Positions 21,701 to 30,511 of a stretch of DNA of 64,000 nt are shown one piece after another. The notes below the pieces were generated by a model, which was given only the letters and a program-made list of their open reading frames with translations, was not told the origin of the DNA and searched no databases. The stretch is taken from the sequence record SRR20825006_339. One strand, 5' to 3'. Both the position numbers and the translations under genes were made by a program. The number at the start of each line of letters is the position of its first letter. The stretch's first letter is position 1.

Positions 21701-21989
21701 AAAAGTCGTTATGAGAATCATAAATAATTACTGAAATACGATCTGAAATCTCATGATCGAAATCTTCTTCCAATTGCTTATAGGCGCTTTCAATACTCAT
21801 TGCAGCAAACTCAGCTAATTCATAGTTCTGAGCTGAGTAATAGTAAACATCAAAATGTTTGGATTTAATGGTACGCCAGTCGAACTCATCGTATTGTACC
21901 CTATTCTTTCCAAACGGGAAATATTGAGCCGAAACTCCACTCATTATAAACAAGCCTAAGAGAAGAGTTAAACACAGTTTTAATTTCAT
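18702..21989 (-). CDS. Omp85/BamA-family barrel with N-terminal gluzincin-like peptidase and PD40/WD40 beta-propeller
   Basis: Signal peptide; HELVH...WFEEGLAEY; repeats SPQG/WSPNG/WSPDG/WSSD; C-terminal PLRGF, AEYRFP and terminal FSIGIDF. Confidence 0.85.
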   Translation of the reverse strand: MKLKLCLTLLLGLFIMSGVSAQYFPFGKNRVQYDEFDWRTIKSKHFDVYYYSAQNYELAEFAAMSIESAYKQLEEDFDHEISDRISVIIYDSHNDFSQTNVVTLPTSAEGIGGVTDKLKNRMTIPFSGDYAEFRRTLHHELVHAVFNDMFYGGSIQSIIQNNIQLAFPLWFEEGLAEYTALGWDTNTDMFIRDAVINNYLPPIPYLSGYYSYRGGQSVWNYIVEEYGREKIAEILQRIKTSRSVEYGLTLSLGYSLNELSDKWQDALKKRYYPEVAERESADNIATLLTKRGVFGTYNTSPAISPQGDKIAFITNKRGYFDVVVINTINGQKLKTLIRGEDNPDFEELNILNPNLTWSPNGRKLALSTKSKGRDDIAIIDYTTGKLEKLKFPDLDAIGSVAWSPDGTKIAFDGNVGPYQDIFVYNLETKELVDLTQDFFSDREPAWSSDSKSIYFTSNRGAKTDLGTYTTEYNLLNNESMYQTDIFQVTLNSKKAIRLTSTPNWNEMQPSSTLDGRIVFISDENGIQNIYTLDTATRTSTPLTDLQAGISQLSISADGSRIAFGAINQGYIDVFLLKSPFNRKKSTNLKQNYWAQRRDSETEEQRVPATAYARQMFTSGVASVAKIEEEQKKEKVVEEEAKVEDGVIDFRNYVFADDVIQDTTLVLKDVINFDVKDNITDDGKYVPEEYRLKFDVDIAYSPTFVASTYGSSALAQFLVSDLLGDHQIALGTNFVFDLRDSDYSVQYGNFKNRLNYFVSYFHTARKYQTYYGELIRYRTYGSGITLQYPIDKFKRFDFNLTMIGVILDYNTVYGVIDDTGASSNTSRNPNEKSQFINPEIIFTSDNTLPGFITPEGGSRYSIGLSASPAFSSSSPQFASILGDYRKYVDLGSRYSIGLRLSGGASIGKDAQNYFMGGKLGWLNQKWAENGISIDRLADSFFTVPAVPLRGFEYNSIYGNYFGLINAEYRFPMFAALVPGALPILPLYNITGLVFIDAGTAWGENISYNLLDTNGNPIANSKRLDFTVGKQRIGYAPVGNNQFIEVPYIDGDVLIGAGFGVRSILFGLPFGYDIGWAYDRTGFNPKAVHYFSIGIDF

Positions 21990-22006
21990 ATTATCTCCAT
22001 CAATAG

Positions 22007-24157
22007 TTACGCTGGACCAAAATCAATTTGTCTTTTCTGTAAATTTGTGCTTTGAACTTTTACTTTAATTGTATCGCCAAGTTGGAAGCTTTTTCCTGAT
22101 GATTTACCTACTAATGCATGTCGTGACTGGTTGTATATATAATAATCACCTTTCATATCTCCAACTCTAATCATTCCTTCACAGTGTACATCTTTCAGAT
22201 TTACAAAAATTCCTCTTTCTGTAACACCACTTATTACTCCTTCAAAAGTTTCTCCAATTCTATCGCTAAGAAACTCAACTTGCTTCAATTTAATAGAATC
22301 TCTTTCTGCATCTACCGCTACACGTTCACGTTCGCTGCAATGTTCTCCATCTTTTGAAAGCCCGTCAAATGTATAAGCCATTGTACCAGCAGCGTACCCT
22401 TTTAGTAGTCTGTGCACAATAACGTCGGGGTAACGACGAATAGGGCTTGTAAAGTGTGCGTAATGTTCAAATCCTAAACCAAAGTGTCCAAGATTTGCAG
22501 GACTGTATTCTGCTTTAGCCATTGCGCGAAGCATTAGGCCACTTACAATGGTTTCTACAGAGGTGTCTTTTACCTTTTGTAGAAGCTCATTAAGCCTTTT
22601 TGGGGAAATGTTGTCACCAACTTCAAAGTGAATATCTAAAGGGCTAACTTGTTCAGCAATACCAGCTAATTTCTCCAAGTTTGGTTTGTCATGAACTCTG
22701 TAAAAGAATGGATATAATTCTTTAGTTTTCTTTTTACCCGATTGTTTTCTAAGATTATCAATATGCCCGGCTACGGTTTTATTAGCCATTAACATGCATT
22801 CTTCAATTAGTCGATGAGCAAATATCCTTTTTTTAATAACTACTTCAATTGGTTTGCCCTTTTCATCCAGAATAAATCGTGGTTCTGGTGTATCAAAATC
22901 TATGGCCCCTTCTCTAAAACGTTTTTCTAAAAGTATTTTAGCTAATTTTTCAACCGTCTTAAGCTCTTTATTAATCTTGTGGCTTTTACCATCTAACACC
23001 TCTTGAGCTTCTTCATAACTAAATCGGTGCTTAGAATGAATGGCGGTCTCTTCAATCGAGTAGTCTACCAAGTTCCCTTTATTATCTAGCTCCATAAAAC
23101 AGCTATAAGTTAGCTTGTCTTCGTTTGGTCTTAGGCTACAAACACCGTTACTCAACCTTTCGGGCAACATCGGTATCACTCGATCAACCAAGTAAACACT
23201 TGTTCCTCTGCTATATCCCTCTTTATCTAATGGTGTATCTGGGCGAACGTAATGAGAAACATCCGCAATGTGAACTCCCAAATAGAAATTGCCATTCTCT
23301 AAGGTCGAAATACTTAAAGCATCATCAAAATCTTTAGCATCTACCGGATCAATGGTAAATACAATTTCTTTGCGCATATCTCTACGGCGAGCAATTTCTT
23401 CTTCAGGAACTTCTAACGGAATTTGATCTGCGAATTTATCTACGTCTTCTGGAAAGTCAGATCTCAACTGATTTTCCGCTAAAATGGAAAGGATATTAGC
23501 GTCGTTAGTACCAGCTTTACCTAATCTCGACATTACTTCGGCTTCGGGTAAGGCTAAAGCGTGAATCCATTTTTTAAGTTTAAAAATAACTTTCTCTTGA
23601 TCTTCGGCGCCATTCAAAGAATCTTCTAATACAAAGAAATCAGTATGAGCAGATTTTTGATCAGGCTCGATAATGTACGTATTCACCCCTGTACTCTTAA
23701 GTGTACCTACATAAAATTCTTTGCCACGCTTTATGATTTCTACTACTTTCCCTTTTGGCTGACCATTTCTCTTATTTCCTGAGATTTTAACGGCTACTCT
23801 ATCTCCTGGTAAAGCTATGCCCGTGTCATGGCGAGAGATCATAATATCTTCATCAAGATTCTCGACAATTACAAAACCGGTTCCTCTTTGGGTTATCTCT
23901 ATTTTCCCTTCTACTAAACTACGATCTACTTTCTTTTTCTTAAGTGCAGCTTTGAAATGGATCACATTTCCTTGTCTAAAAAGCAATCCTCTTGCTACTA
24001 GCCGGGTAATCGTTTTTTTAAGACGCGCCATGTCTTTATTGCTATTCATGGCTAAAGCATTAGCCAATACATCGGTAGATAGCCGCTTTTCAGCGCTATT
24101 CTTAACTAGATCAATTACTATTTCTTCTAAACTACTCAGTCTTGAGTTTCTACTCAT
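22007..24157 (-). CDS. rnr: Ribonuclease R
   Basis: TIDPVDAKDFDDA, HFTSPIRRYPD and a C-terminal S1 domain. Confidence 0.97.
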   Translation of the reverse strand: MSRNSRLSSLEEIVIDLVKNSAEKRLSTDVLANALAMNSNKDMARLKKTITRLVARGLLFRQGNVIHFKAALKKKKVDRSLVEGKIEITQRGTGFVIVENLDEDIMISRHDTGIALPGDRVAVKISGNKRNGQPKGKVVEIIKRGKEFYVGTLKSTGVNTYIIEPDQKSAHTDFFVLEDSLNGAEDQEKVIFKLKKWIHALALPEAEVMSRLGKAGTNDANILSILAENQLRSDFPEDVDKFADQIPLEVPEEEIARRRDMRKEIVFTIDPVDAKDFDDALSISTLENGNFYLGVHIADVSHYVRPDTPLDKEGYSRGTSVYLVDRVIPMLPERLSNGVCSLRPNEDKLTYSCFMELDNKGNLVDYSIEETAIHSKHRFSYEEAQEVLDGKSHKINKELKTVEKLAKILLEKRFREGAIDFDTPEPRFILDEKGKPIEVVIKKRIFAHRLIEECMLMANKTVAGHIDNLRKQSGKKKTKELYPFFYRVHDKPNLEKLAGIAEQVSPLDIHFEVGDNISPKRLNELLQKVKDTSVETIVSGLMLRAMAKAEYSPANLGHFGLGFEHYAHFTSPIRRYPDVIVHRLLKGYAAGTMAYTFDGLSKDGEHCSERERVAVDAERDSIKLKQVEFLSDRIGETFEGVISGVTERGIFVNLKDVHCEGMIRVGDMKGDYYIYNQSRHALVGKSSGKSFQLGDTIKVKVQSTNLQKRQIDFGPA

Positions 24158-24171
24158 TAGTGCCTTTACTA

Positions 24172-27100
24172 TTAACTTGGATTCTCTTCTTGCTCATTAC
24201 TAGCAACATCTTTGTTTTCTTTTATCCCAAAAATCTTTCTAAAAGGAATAGCCAATTTCTTGAAGAATTCATTCCATGAGTTAAAACCATAAGTCGTTTC
24301 TATACCTATTCCATTAATATCTTGAGTCTGTTGGGTTTGCTGACCACCTTCATTTCCATTAAAGGTAGGATCTTGCCTATGAAAAGCAGACACTGAAAGC
24401 GTCCTGTTAATTCTATAGGTTGCCCCAAGGTCCCCAATATTAGATTGTGCTCCAGTAATCTGGCCATCTCTACGTAATATAATTTTGTCGTTATACAACC
24501 TAAGTGCAACCCCTAAATCAATCTGATTATACGTATTTAGGCTAAAATCTACATCTAACGTACTCAAATCGCTTCTTAAGAGCGAATTTATTTGATTAGA
24601 TAGTAACGGGCTTATTACTTGGCTGGATAGCAACGGATTTAATACCGCAGCACCAGCATTGCTCGATAAGTTATCTGTTAACGAACCTGCACCACCAACT
24701 GAAGAATTAGAAGGAATGAAATCTTCTAGTAAAAGAAAACTTGTTGCTTGTAAGAGCTTTTCTTCTTCATTCTGATTAAGTGCATTAATCTGTGCTAACA
24801 AAGTTGAATTTTGCCTTGATTCAAAATTATTAGGGAGTCTGAAAAAAAAGTTATTCTGAATACTTGATAATGATCCGCCGATATTAAGCACCAAATCGAT
24901 TGGAACTCTTTGAACCGTTGATGGATCTCTTTCAGTACGAACTGAAGTTAGCGTCTGAATATCAGGTCGTGCAGAGAATACAGCGTTTAGGTTGATCCTT
25001 GCATTAGCAGGCTCCCCTTCCCAAACAATACTACCACCTGATTCTAGCGTAAATTTACGGGTAAAAATATCCCCACTCACAAATTGGTATGTCCCCCCAG
25101 TGATATCAAACCTTCCGAAAATGCTCAGGTCCTGATCTTGAAGCCTAATTCTAAGTCGCCCTGTTCCATCACTTGTAATAACGTCTCCTGTAACTGGATC
25201 GAAAACCAGTTTCACCGTCATTGGGTTATTCGCGACAAACTGTAAGTCTAACGTAAAGCGTTCTGCAAAAGTTAAATTAGATGGATTAGTGTTTTTAGAG
25301 TTGTTAAATATCGAATTGTTTCCTGTTTTTGTAGAGTCACTATTGAAAATATCAAAAGAATCCACAAAACGAATAAATTTACTGTCCTCATCAAACTCCG
25401 TTTCTTCAAGCAATGGCAGCCCAATCTCTGAGAAGTCTGAAAGTACAAATGGTGTAGTAGTTTCTATTACTGGTTTAAGATTTGAACCATACATTCTAAT
25501 TAATCCACTTCCATAAGCTTTACCATAGAAGGGTAAATCGGCAGCAAATTGGCTATTCAAAAACTGAAACTCATCAGCTTGAATGTTGATATCCATACTG
25601 TGGACGCCTGAGAAATCATTGAAATTGTAATAGCCATCTAAAGTTGCTAACCCACCAGACGGATCAATGAGAAATATATCTTTAAAAACCAGTCCATCTC
25701 TTCTTGAAAAACTAACAGGTCCTTGCCCATAATAATATGTATCTAGGAATCGTGGCTTCATATAAACGGCATCTTCCATTCCGATGCCAAAATTCAAATA
25801 AAAGTCGTAATCCTCTAAATTTCCCCAAATTTTTCCCTTCCCTTGTGCAATACCAGCCATTTCGGTAAAAACCTTAGGCGCCAAATACGGAATAATCCAT
25901 AAATCAACGGAGTTTAAATCTATATCGAAGTTAAAGAGGGAATCTACCGCTGGGAACTCTCCATTTTTGGGAGCTAGTACATAGCCGTTTATTTCAATAT
26001 TCTGACCTTCTCTATCATTTCTAGCAAAGTATTCAGGGTAACTTGCTGAGTCTGTTTTGATTTTTATACTTGTATCAAATCGATTAAGAGGGTTGTTGAA
26101 ATTACTTGATATCTCTAAATCTCCTACTACATTGCCACTCATTGCAAATCGTTGAAGATCTATTAAACCCTCTATTGACGGAATAGTGGAAAGTGAACGT
26201 GTGGTAAACGTTCCATTCAGATTTCCTGAAAAACTAATAGCTCCTCTAATAATGTCTGATATCTTGCCTAAATCTACCCCACGTATCAGATAATTCACCG
26301 AATCAGTTACGTTATCACTAAAAATTCCTTCTACATTCAAGTATTGTTGTTCACTCTCAAAAATAAAGTCTTTTACAATCCATTCTTTTTTATCCGTGAA
26401 AGTTAGTGAAGGTGTTGCTCTATTTACCCAGTTATAGAAGTCGCTACCTAGCTTAAATTTGTCAATATTCATAGTAACAGAAGTATCCTGAATCACAGCC
26501 GTTCCTTCCATATTAAAAGAAACATCATTACCAATTCGCTTAATATTCTGGGAAATAGTTAGCGAATCTCTATTTAGGGATGCTAGCAATTCGAAACCTT
26601 CCGCTTCAAACATATTAGAAGTAAGACGTTCAATATTTGTTTGTAGTTCAAAACCTGAAAAATCTCTAATTCTCTCGTCATGTCTGAAACTACCTGTAAG
26701 TTGTGCTCGGACGCTATCAGCTCGTTTGTCGTTAAAACTCAGTAGTTTGTCATAAATATCTACATTAAATAACAGCCGGTTATTATTTGCAGAAATATTA
26801 GAGGTGATTTTTGCTTGACTATAAAAATTTGGTATATCGGGAAAGTATGCTTTCACATAATTTAGGTTCTTTAATTGAGCAACGAGCTTAAAGTCGTGAT
26901 TCTCAAATTGAGTTTGCTTATTTAGGGCCTTGCCTTCATCATCAAAAAACAGTTCATCATTAAGTCTCTTTTTGAAAAATTTACTCCAATACATCGCTAA
27001 CTTTGGCAACTGTGATGGATAATAATCCCCTTCTATGGTGATATCTAATGCGGATGTTGTTAACCGAAGCAACTTGGTTCCGTTCTGATTATTAGATAAA

Positions 27101-28863
27101 TCTGCATAAATTAAATGAGGCAAAAGAGTATCACTACCAACTATTGCTTCTGGGATGTCTATACTTAATTTTCCGAAGGCATTATCAATACTGCTTCCAG
27201 AAATATCTATCACATACTCTAGATCCACAATTGCATTAGCCATGGCTTCTAATTGAACTAAATTTTTCAGATCAACGTTAGCACCATTCCCTTCGAGTTT
27301 TAGAGTTTTCGTCTCATTTCTCAGGTCAAGTACTCCGTTTCCACTCAACGTTGCATTCTTTGTAACTAGTGTAAAAATTGGGGTTACTAAGCCGTTCTTA
27401 CTTGGCGCATTTATGTCAAACATATCAAAGCGAATACCATTAAACTGCCCTTTTTGGAAATTGGCTCTCAACTCTTGTATAGTATTAAAGTCACGATAAT
27501 CATTTAGCTTAATTGAGCCTTTTGAAGTAAGCTTTGAAGTAGTAATTCTACCTGCTAACACTCCACCAAGATCTAAAGAGTCGGTACGGAATTTAAAATT
27601 CAAATCCCGGTTGCTTTGTAACCCCAGCTCTCCCTCTAACTTTATATATCCTCTATCACTAACTCCCTCAACAATGCCATTTAACCTGTTCAGGTCTCCT
27701 TCTAAATCTGCCGTTAGTATTAAATTATTAAGCGCATTTAATTGAGTTTGCGATATTTTTTTTAACAAAGACTTAGCATCTACTTTATCAAAAATGGTTT
27801 CTCTCAAACTTAAGTTATATGCAAATTCGCTACTGTTAAGCAGGCTAGTAAGATTGCCTGTTGCCTTAAACCCAGAGTTTCCATATTGAAGCGCTAAATC
27901 ATTAACATAAAGTAAATCCAAATCGCCCTCAATATTCATGGCTACAAAAATGGGTTTATCTAATGTTGGAGCATTAGGTATAAATTGCTTAATCCGCTTT
28001 GGAGCCACAATAAGCTCATTCAAATCAATATCTAGTGAGGCTGCCCTTAATTGGGCTAAAAGTTCACCTTTAAATAAATCTACATCATTAGATTTTCCAC
28101 TAAATTTTAAATAGGTATCTGATGTATTTAAGTTGAATGAATTAAATTCTAAAAACCGGTTATTGTTATAAATCTGTCCATAAACCTGAGCTTTAGGAAC
28201 GTCCAGTTCAGGAATACTCATGGTTAGATTATTGATATCTAAAAAGCGCTGGCTACTTTTATACTCAAAAAACATGGACAAGTCGATATCTCTAAAGGTG
28301 AGACTATCGCTTGACGAAAATGTTTGGTGAGGTTTAAATAATTGCCTTATAATTACCGTTCCAGAGCGTACAATTACATTGGGAGCCAAGATTTCGAAAA
28401 AAGGTTTTTCAGCCTCTTCTTTATCAGTAAGAGTAATTTCTGGTTTCTTTTTTATTGCTACTAAAAAAGCATCCTTTTTCGTTCCGTCTATTATAACTGT
28501 GGGCGCACTAACGCTTAGTCCTGTTACAACGAATTCTTGCCGTAGTAATGCAAAAATATCCAAACTTGCCGAAAGGCTATCGGCATGGAACACTGCTTCT
28601 GTACTTGAGGAGTCTGGGTAGAGGTTCACCTCTTTGAGTTCGAAGTTCATTGGGACAATACCACGAAGCTGCCCAATTGTTAAAACACCTTCGTATTTCG
28701 AACTAAAGTTCTTTTCTATTTGAGTGGCAATGTATGTTTTGGTTACTTGTAATTGCAGAATACCAAAGCCGATTGCCCCAATAACAATCAGCAGCAATCC
28801 TATCATCCCAAATGAGATCCAAAAGGCATTCCAGCTTTTATGTAACCAACGTAATAAGGGCAC
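24172..28863 (-). CDS. tamB: Translocation/assembly module TamB-like protein
   Basis: 1563 aa; N-terminal TM anchor, long beta-rich body, DUF490-like C-terminus (GGSIVWEGEP..ARINLNAVF). Confidence 0.8.
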   Translation of the reverse strand: MPLLRWLHKSWNAFWISFGMIGLLLIVIGAIGFGILQLQVTKTYIATQIEKNFSSKYEGVLTIGQLRGIVPMNFELKEVNLYPDSSSTEAVFHADSLSASLDIFALLRQEFVVTGLSVSAPTVIIDGTKKDAFLVAIKKKPEITLTDKEEAEKPFFEILAPNVIVRSGTVIIRQLFKPHQTFSSSDSLTFRDIDLSMFFEYKSSQRFLDINNLTMSIPELDVPKAQVYGQIYNNNRFLEFNSFNLNTSDTYLKFSGKSNDVDLFKGELLAQLRAASLDIDLNELIVAPKRIKQFIPNAPTLDKPIFVAMNIEGDLDLLYVNDLALQYGNSGFKATGNLTSLLNSSEFAYNLSLRETIFDKVDAKSLLKKISQTQLNALNNLILTADLEGDLNRLNGIVEGVSDRGYIKLEGELGLQSNRDLNFKFRTDSLDLGGVLAGRITTSKLTSKGSIKLNDYRDFNTIQELRANFQKGQFNGIRFDMFDINAPSKNGLVTPIFTLVTKNATLSGNGVLDLRNETKTLKLEGNGANVDLKNLVQLEAMANAIVDLEYVIDISGSSIDNAFGKLSIDIPEAIVGSDTLLPHLIYADLSNNQNGTKLLRLTTSALDITIEGDYYPSQLPKLAMYWSKFFKKRLNDELFFDDEGKALNKQTQFENHDFKLVAQLKNLNYVKAYFPDIPNFYSQAKITSNISANNNRLLFNVDIYDKLLSFNDKRADSVRAQLTGSFRHDERIRDFSGFELQTNIERLTSNMFEAEGFELLASLNRDSLTISQNIKRIGNDVSFNMEGTAVIQDTSVTMNIDKFKLGSDFYNWVNRATPSLTFTDKKEWIVKDFIFESEQQYLNVEGIFSDNVTDSVNYLIRGVDLGKISDIIRGAISFSGNLNGTFTTRSLSTIPSIEGLIDLQRFAMSGNVVGDLEISSNFNNPLNRFDTSIKIKTDSASYPEYFARNDREGQNIEINGYVLAPKNGEFPAVDSLFNFDIDLNSVDLWIIPYLAPKVFTEMAGIAQGKGKIWGNLEDYDFYLNFGIGMEDAVYMKPRFLDTYYYGQGPVSFSRRDGLVFKDIFLIDPSGGLATLDGYYNFNDFSGVHSMDINIQADEFQFLNSQFAADLPFYGKAYGSGLIRMYGSNLKPVIETTTPFVLSDFSEIGLPLLEETEFDEDSKFIRFVDSFDIFNSDSTKTGNNSIFNNSKNTNPSNLTFAERFTLDLQFVANNPMTVKLVFDPVTGDVITSDGTGRLRIRLQDQDLSIFGRFDITGGTYQFVSGDIFTRKFTLESGGSIVWEGEPANARINLNAVFSARPDIQTLTSVRTERDPSTVQRVPIDLVLNIGGSLSSIQNNFFFRLPNNFESRQNSTLLAQINALNQNEEEKLLQATSFLLLEDFIPSNSSVGGAGSLTDNLSSNAGAAVLNPLLSSQVISPLLSNQINSLLRSDLSTLDVDFSLNTYNQIDLGVALRLYNDKIILRRDGQITGAQSNIGDLGATYRINRTLSVSAFHRQDPTFNGNEGGQQTQQTQDINGIGIETTYGFNSWNEFFKKLAIPFRKIFGIKENKDVASNEQEENPS

Positions 28864-29955
28864 TTAGTTAAACTCCTTCAAAATAAACTTCCAAGCTTCT
28901 AATATTACCTGTGTTTGTTCGAACTTCTTTGTATAAGGCCTTTCTAAATCTTTCAATAATACTAAGCGAATGGTTGAATTCGCAACTTTCTTATCGTGTA
29001 ACATTAGAGTAGTTAATTCTTTTGGAAGTAACGAGTTATCTAGACTCAAATTATACAGAGATTTAAAACGCATTAAATCTGCAAAATCAATTTCCGCTCC
29101 ATGCTCGTTTGAAACAAACACAGCAGCCAACATGCCCATATAAACCGCTTCGCCATGAGTGAATTTCTTGTATTCACCTTTTCTTTCAATTACGTGTGCA
29201 AAAGTATGCCCAAAGTTTAGAAACTCCCGAATACCAGCTTCTTTTACATCTTTAGAAACAACGGCAACCTTTATTGCCGCACTTTTTTCGATTAGTTCCT
29301 TCCAAGCTTTTGGTTCTTTAAACTCTTGATCAACAATCAACTCACTAAGCTCTTCAAATATCTTTTTATCTTGGATAAAGCCATACTTTAGGATTTCACT
29401 TAAGCCACTAATCCATTCTTGTTTTGGTAGAGTTTCTAAAAATTGAAGATCCGCAAAAACAGCTTTGGGTTGATAAAAAGCTCCAATTAGATTTTTTCCA
29501 GTTGAATGGTTAATCCCTGTTTTGCCTCCGATGGAACTATCGACCATCGCCAAAAGAGTGGTTGGTATATGAATAAGTGGAATACCGCGTAGCACAGAAG
29601 CGGCTACAAACCCAGCTAAATCTCCCGTTACACCACCGCCAATAGCAAGTAATGGTGTTTTGCGTTCAATCTGCGCGCTAAGAACTACATCCAAAATACG
29701 AGAGTACTCAGCTATGCATTTACTTTTCTCTCCTGTTGGGATAACATGCTTTACTATCGTTTCAAAAGCTGTATCCAATTCTCCAAAAATAGTTTCGCCG
29801 TGTAAACTATTTACGTTCTCGTCAATAAGAACAAGAACTTTCTGTGTAGAATATTCAGACTTAATAAAGCTAATTGCTTCGTTAAATATATTATAGCCTA
29901 CCTTAATTTTATAAGAATCAGAAGTAGTGGTATTAAGAATTAAAGGGTCAAACAT
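28864..29955 (-). CDS. aroB: 3-dehydroquinate synthase
   Basis: GGGVTGDLAGF, PTTLLAMVDSSIGGKTG and NFGHT motifs. Confidence 0.97.
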   Translation of the reverse strand: MFDPLILNTTTSDSYKIKVGYNIFNEAISFIKSEYSTQKVLVLIDENVNSLHGETIFGELDTAFETIVKHVIPTGEKSKCIAEYSRILDVVLSAQIERKTPLLAIGGGVTGDLAGFVAASVLRGIPLIHIPTTLLAMVDSSIGGKTGINHSTGKNLIGAFYQPKAVFADLQFLETLPKQEWISGLSEILKYGFIQDKKIFEELSELIVDQEFKEPKAWKELIEKSAAIKVAVVSKDVKEAGIREFLNFGHTFAHVIERKGEYKKFTHGEAVYMGMLAAVFVSNEHGAEIDFADLMRFKSLYNLSLDNSLLPKELTTLMLHDKKVANSTIRLVLLKDLERPYTKKFEQTQVILEAWKFILKEFN

Positions 29956-30511
29956 GTTTTTTTATCTTATCAATAATAATATCTACAAGCTGTTCTTCTG
30001 TACCAAAGCCATCACTTTTAACTTGTATTTGAGCTTGCTTATAAAAATTTTCTCGATTGGAATATAGCATATTAAGCTCATTAAGAAGGACTTCTCTCGA
30101 TTTTATTTTTCCTTGTTTATCAAGAACAATCGGTCTTTTTTTATTACGAAGAACACGCTTAACAATTACATCCATTGGTGTTTCAATAAAAACTAGAAGT
30201 CCGTGAAGTTTAAGATGGTCAACAATATTCTGGTTTTGAAGCGACCCACCTCCCAAAGCCAAAATACCTTTAAAGCTAGTCGATAAATCCATCAAGTACT
30301 CTCGTTCCTTTTCTCTAAAGTAAGGCTCCCCTTCATCCTTGAATATACCCGAGATTGTTCTGCCTTCTTTTCTTTCTAGATATCGATCTAAATCTTGAAA
30401 TGGCAATTCTAATTTCTTTGAGAGTAAACTTCCAATACTACTTTTGCCAGTGGCCATAAAGCCACACAAGTAGAAACTATCTACATATTCTTTTAGTCTA
30501 TGCTCATTCAT
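29948..30511 (-). CDS. aroK: Shikimate kinase
   Basis: GFMATGKS, DLD, GE.YFR and LGGG motifs. Confidence 0.95.
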   Translation of the reverse strand: MNEHRLKEYVDSFYLCGFMATGKSSIGSLLSKKLELPFQDLDRYLERKEGRTISGIFKDEGEPYFREKEREYLMDLSTSFKGILALGGGSLQNQNIVDHLKLHGLLVFIETPMDVIVKRVLRNKKRPIVLDKQGKIKSREVLLNELNMLYSNRENFYKQAQIQVKSDGFGTEEQLVDIIIDKIKKHV

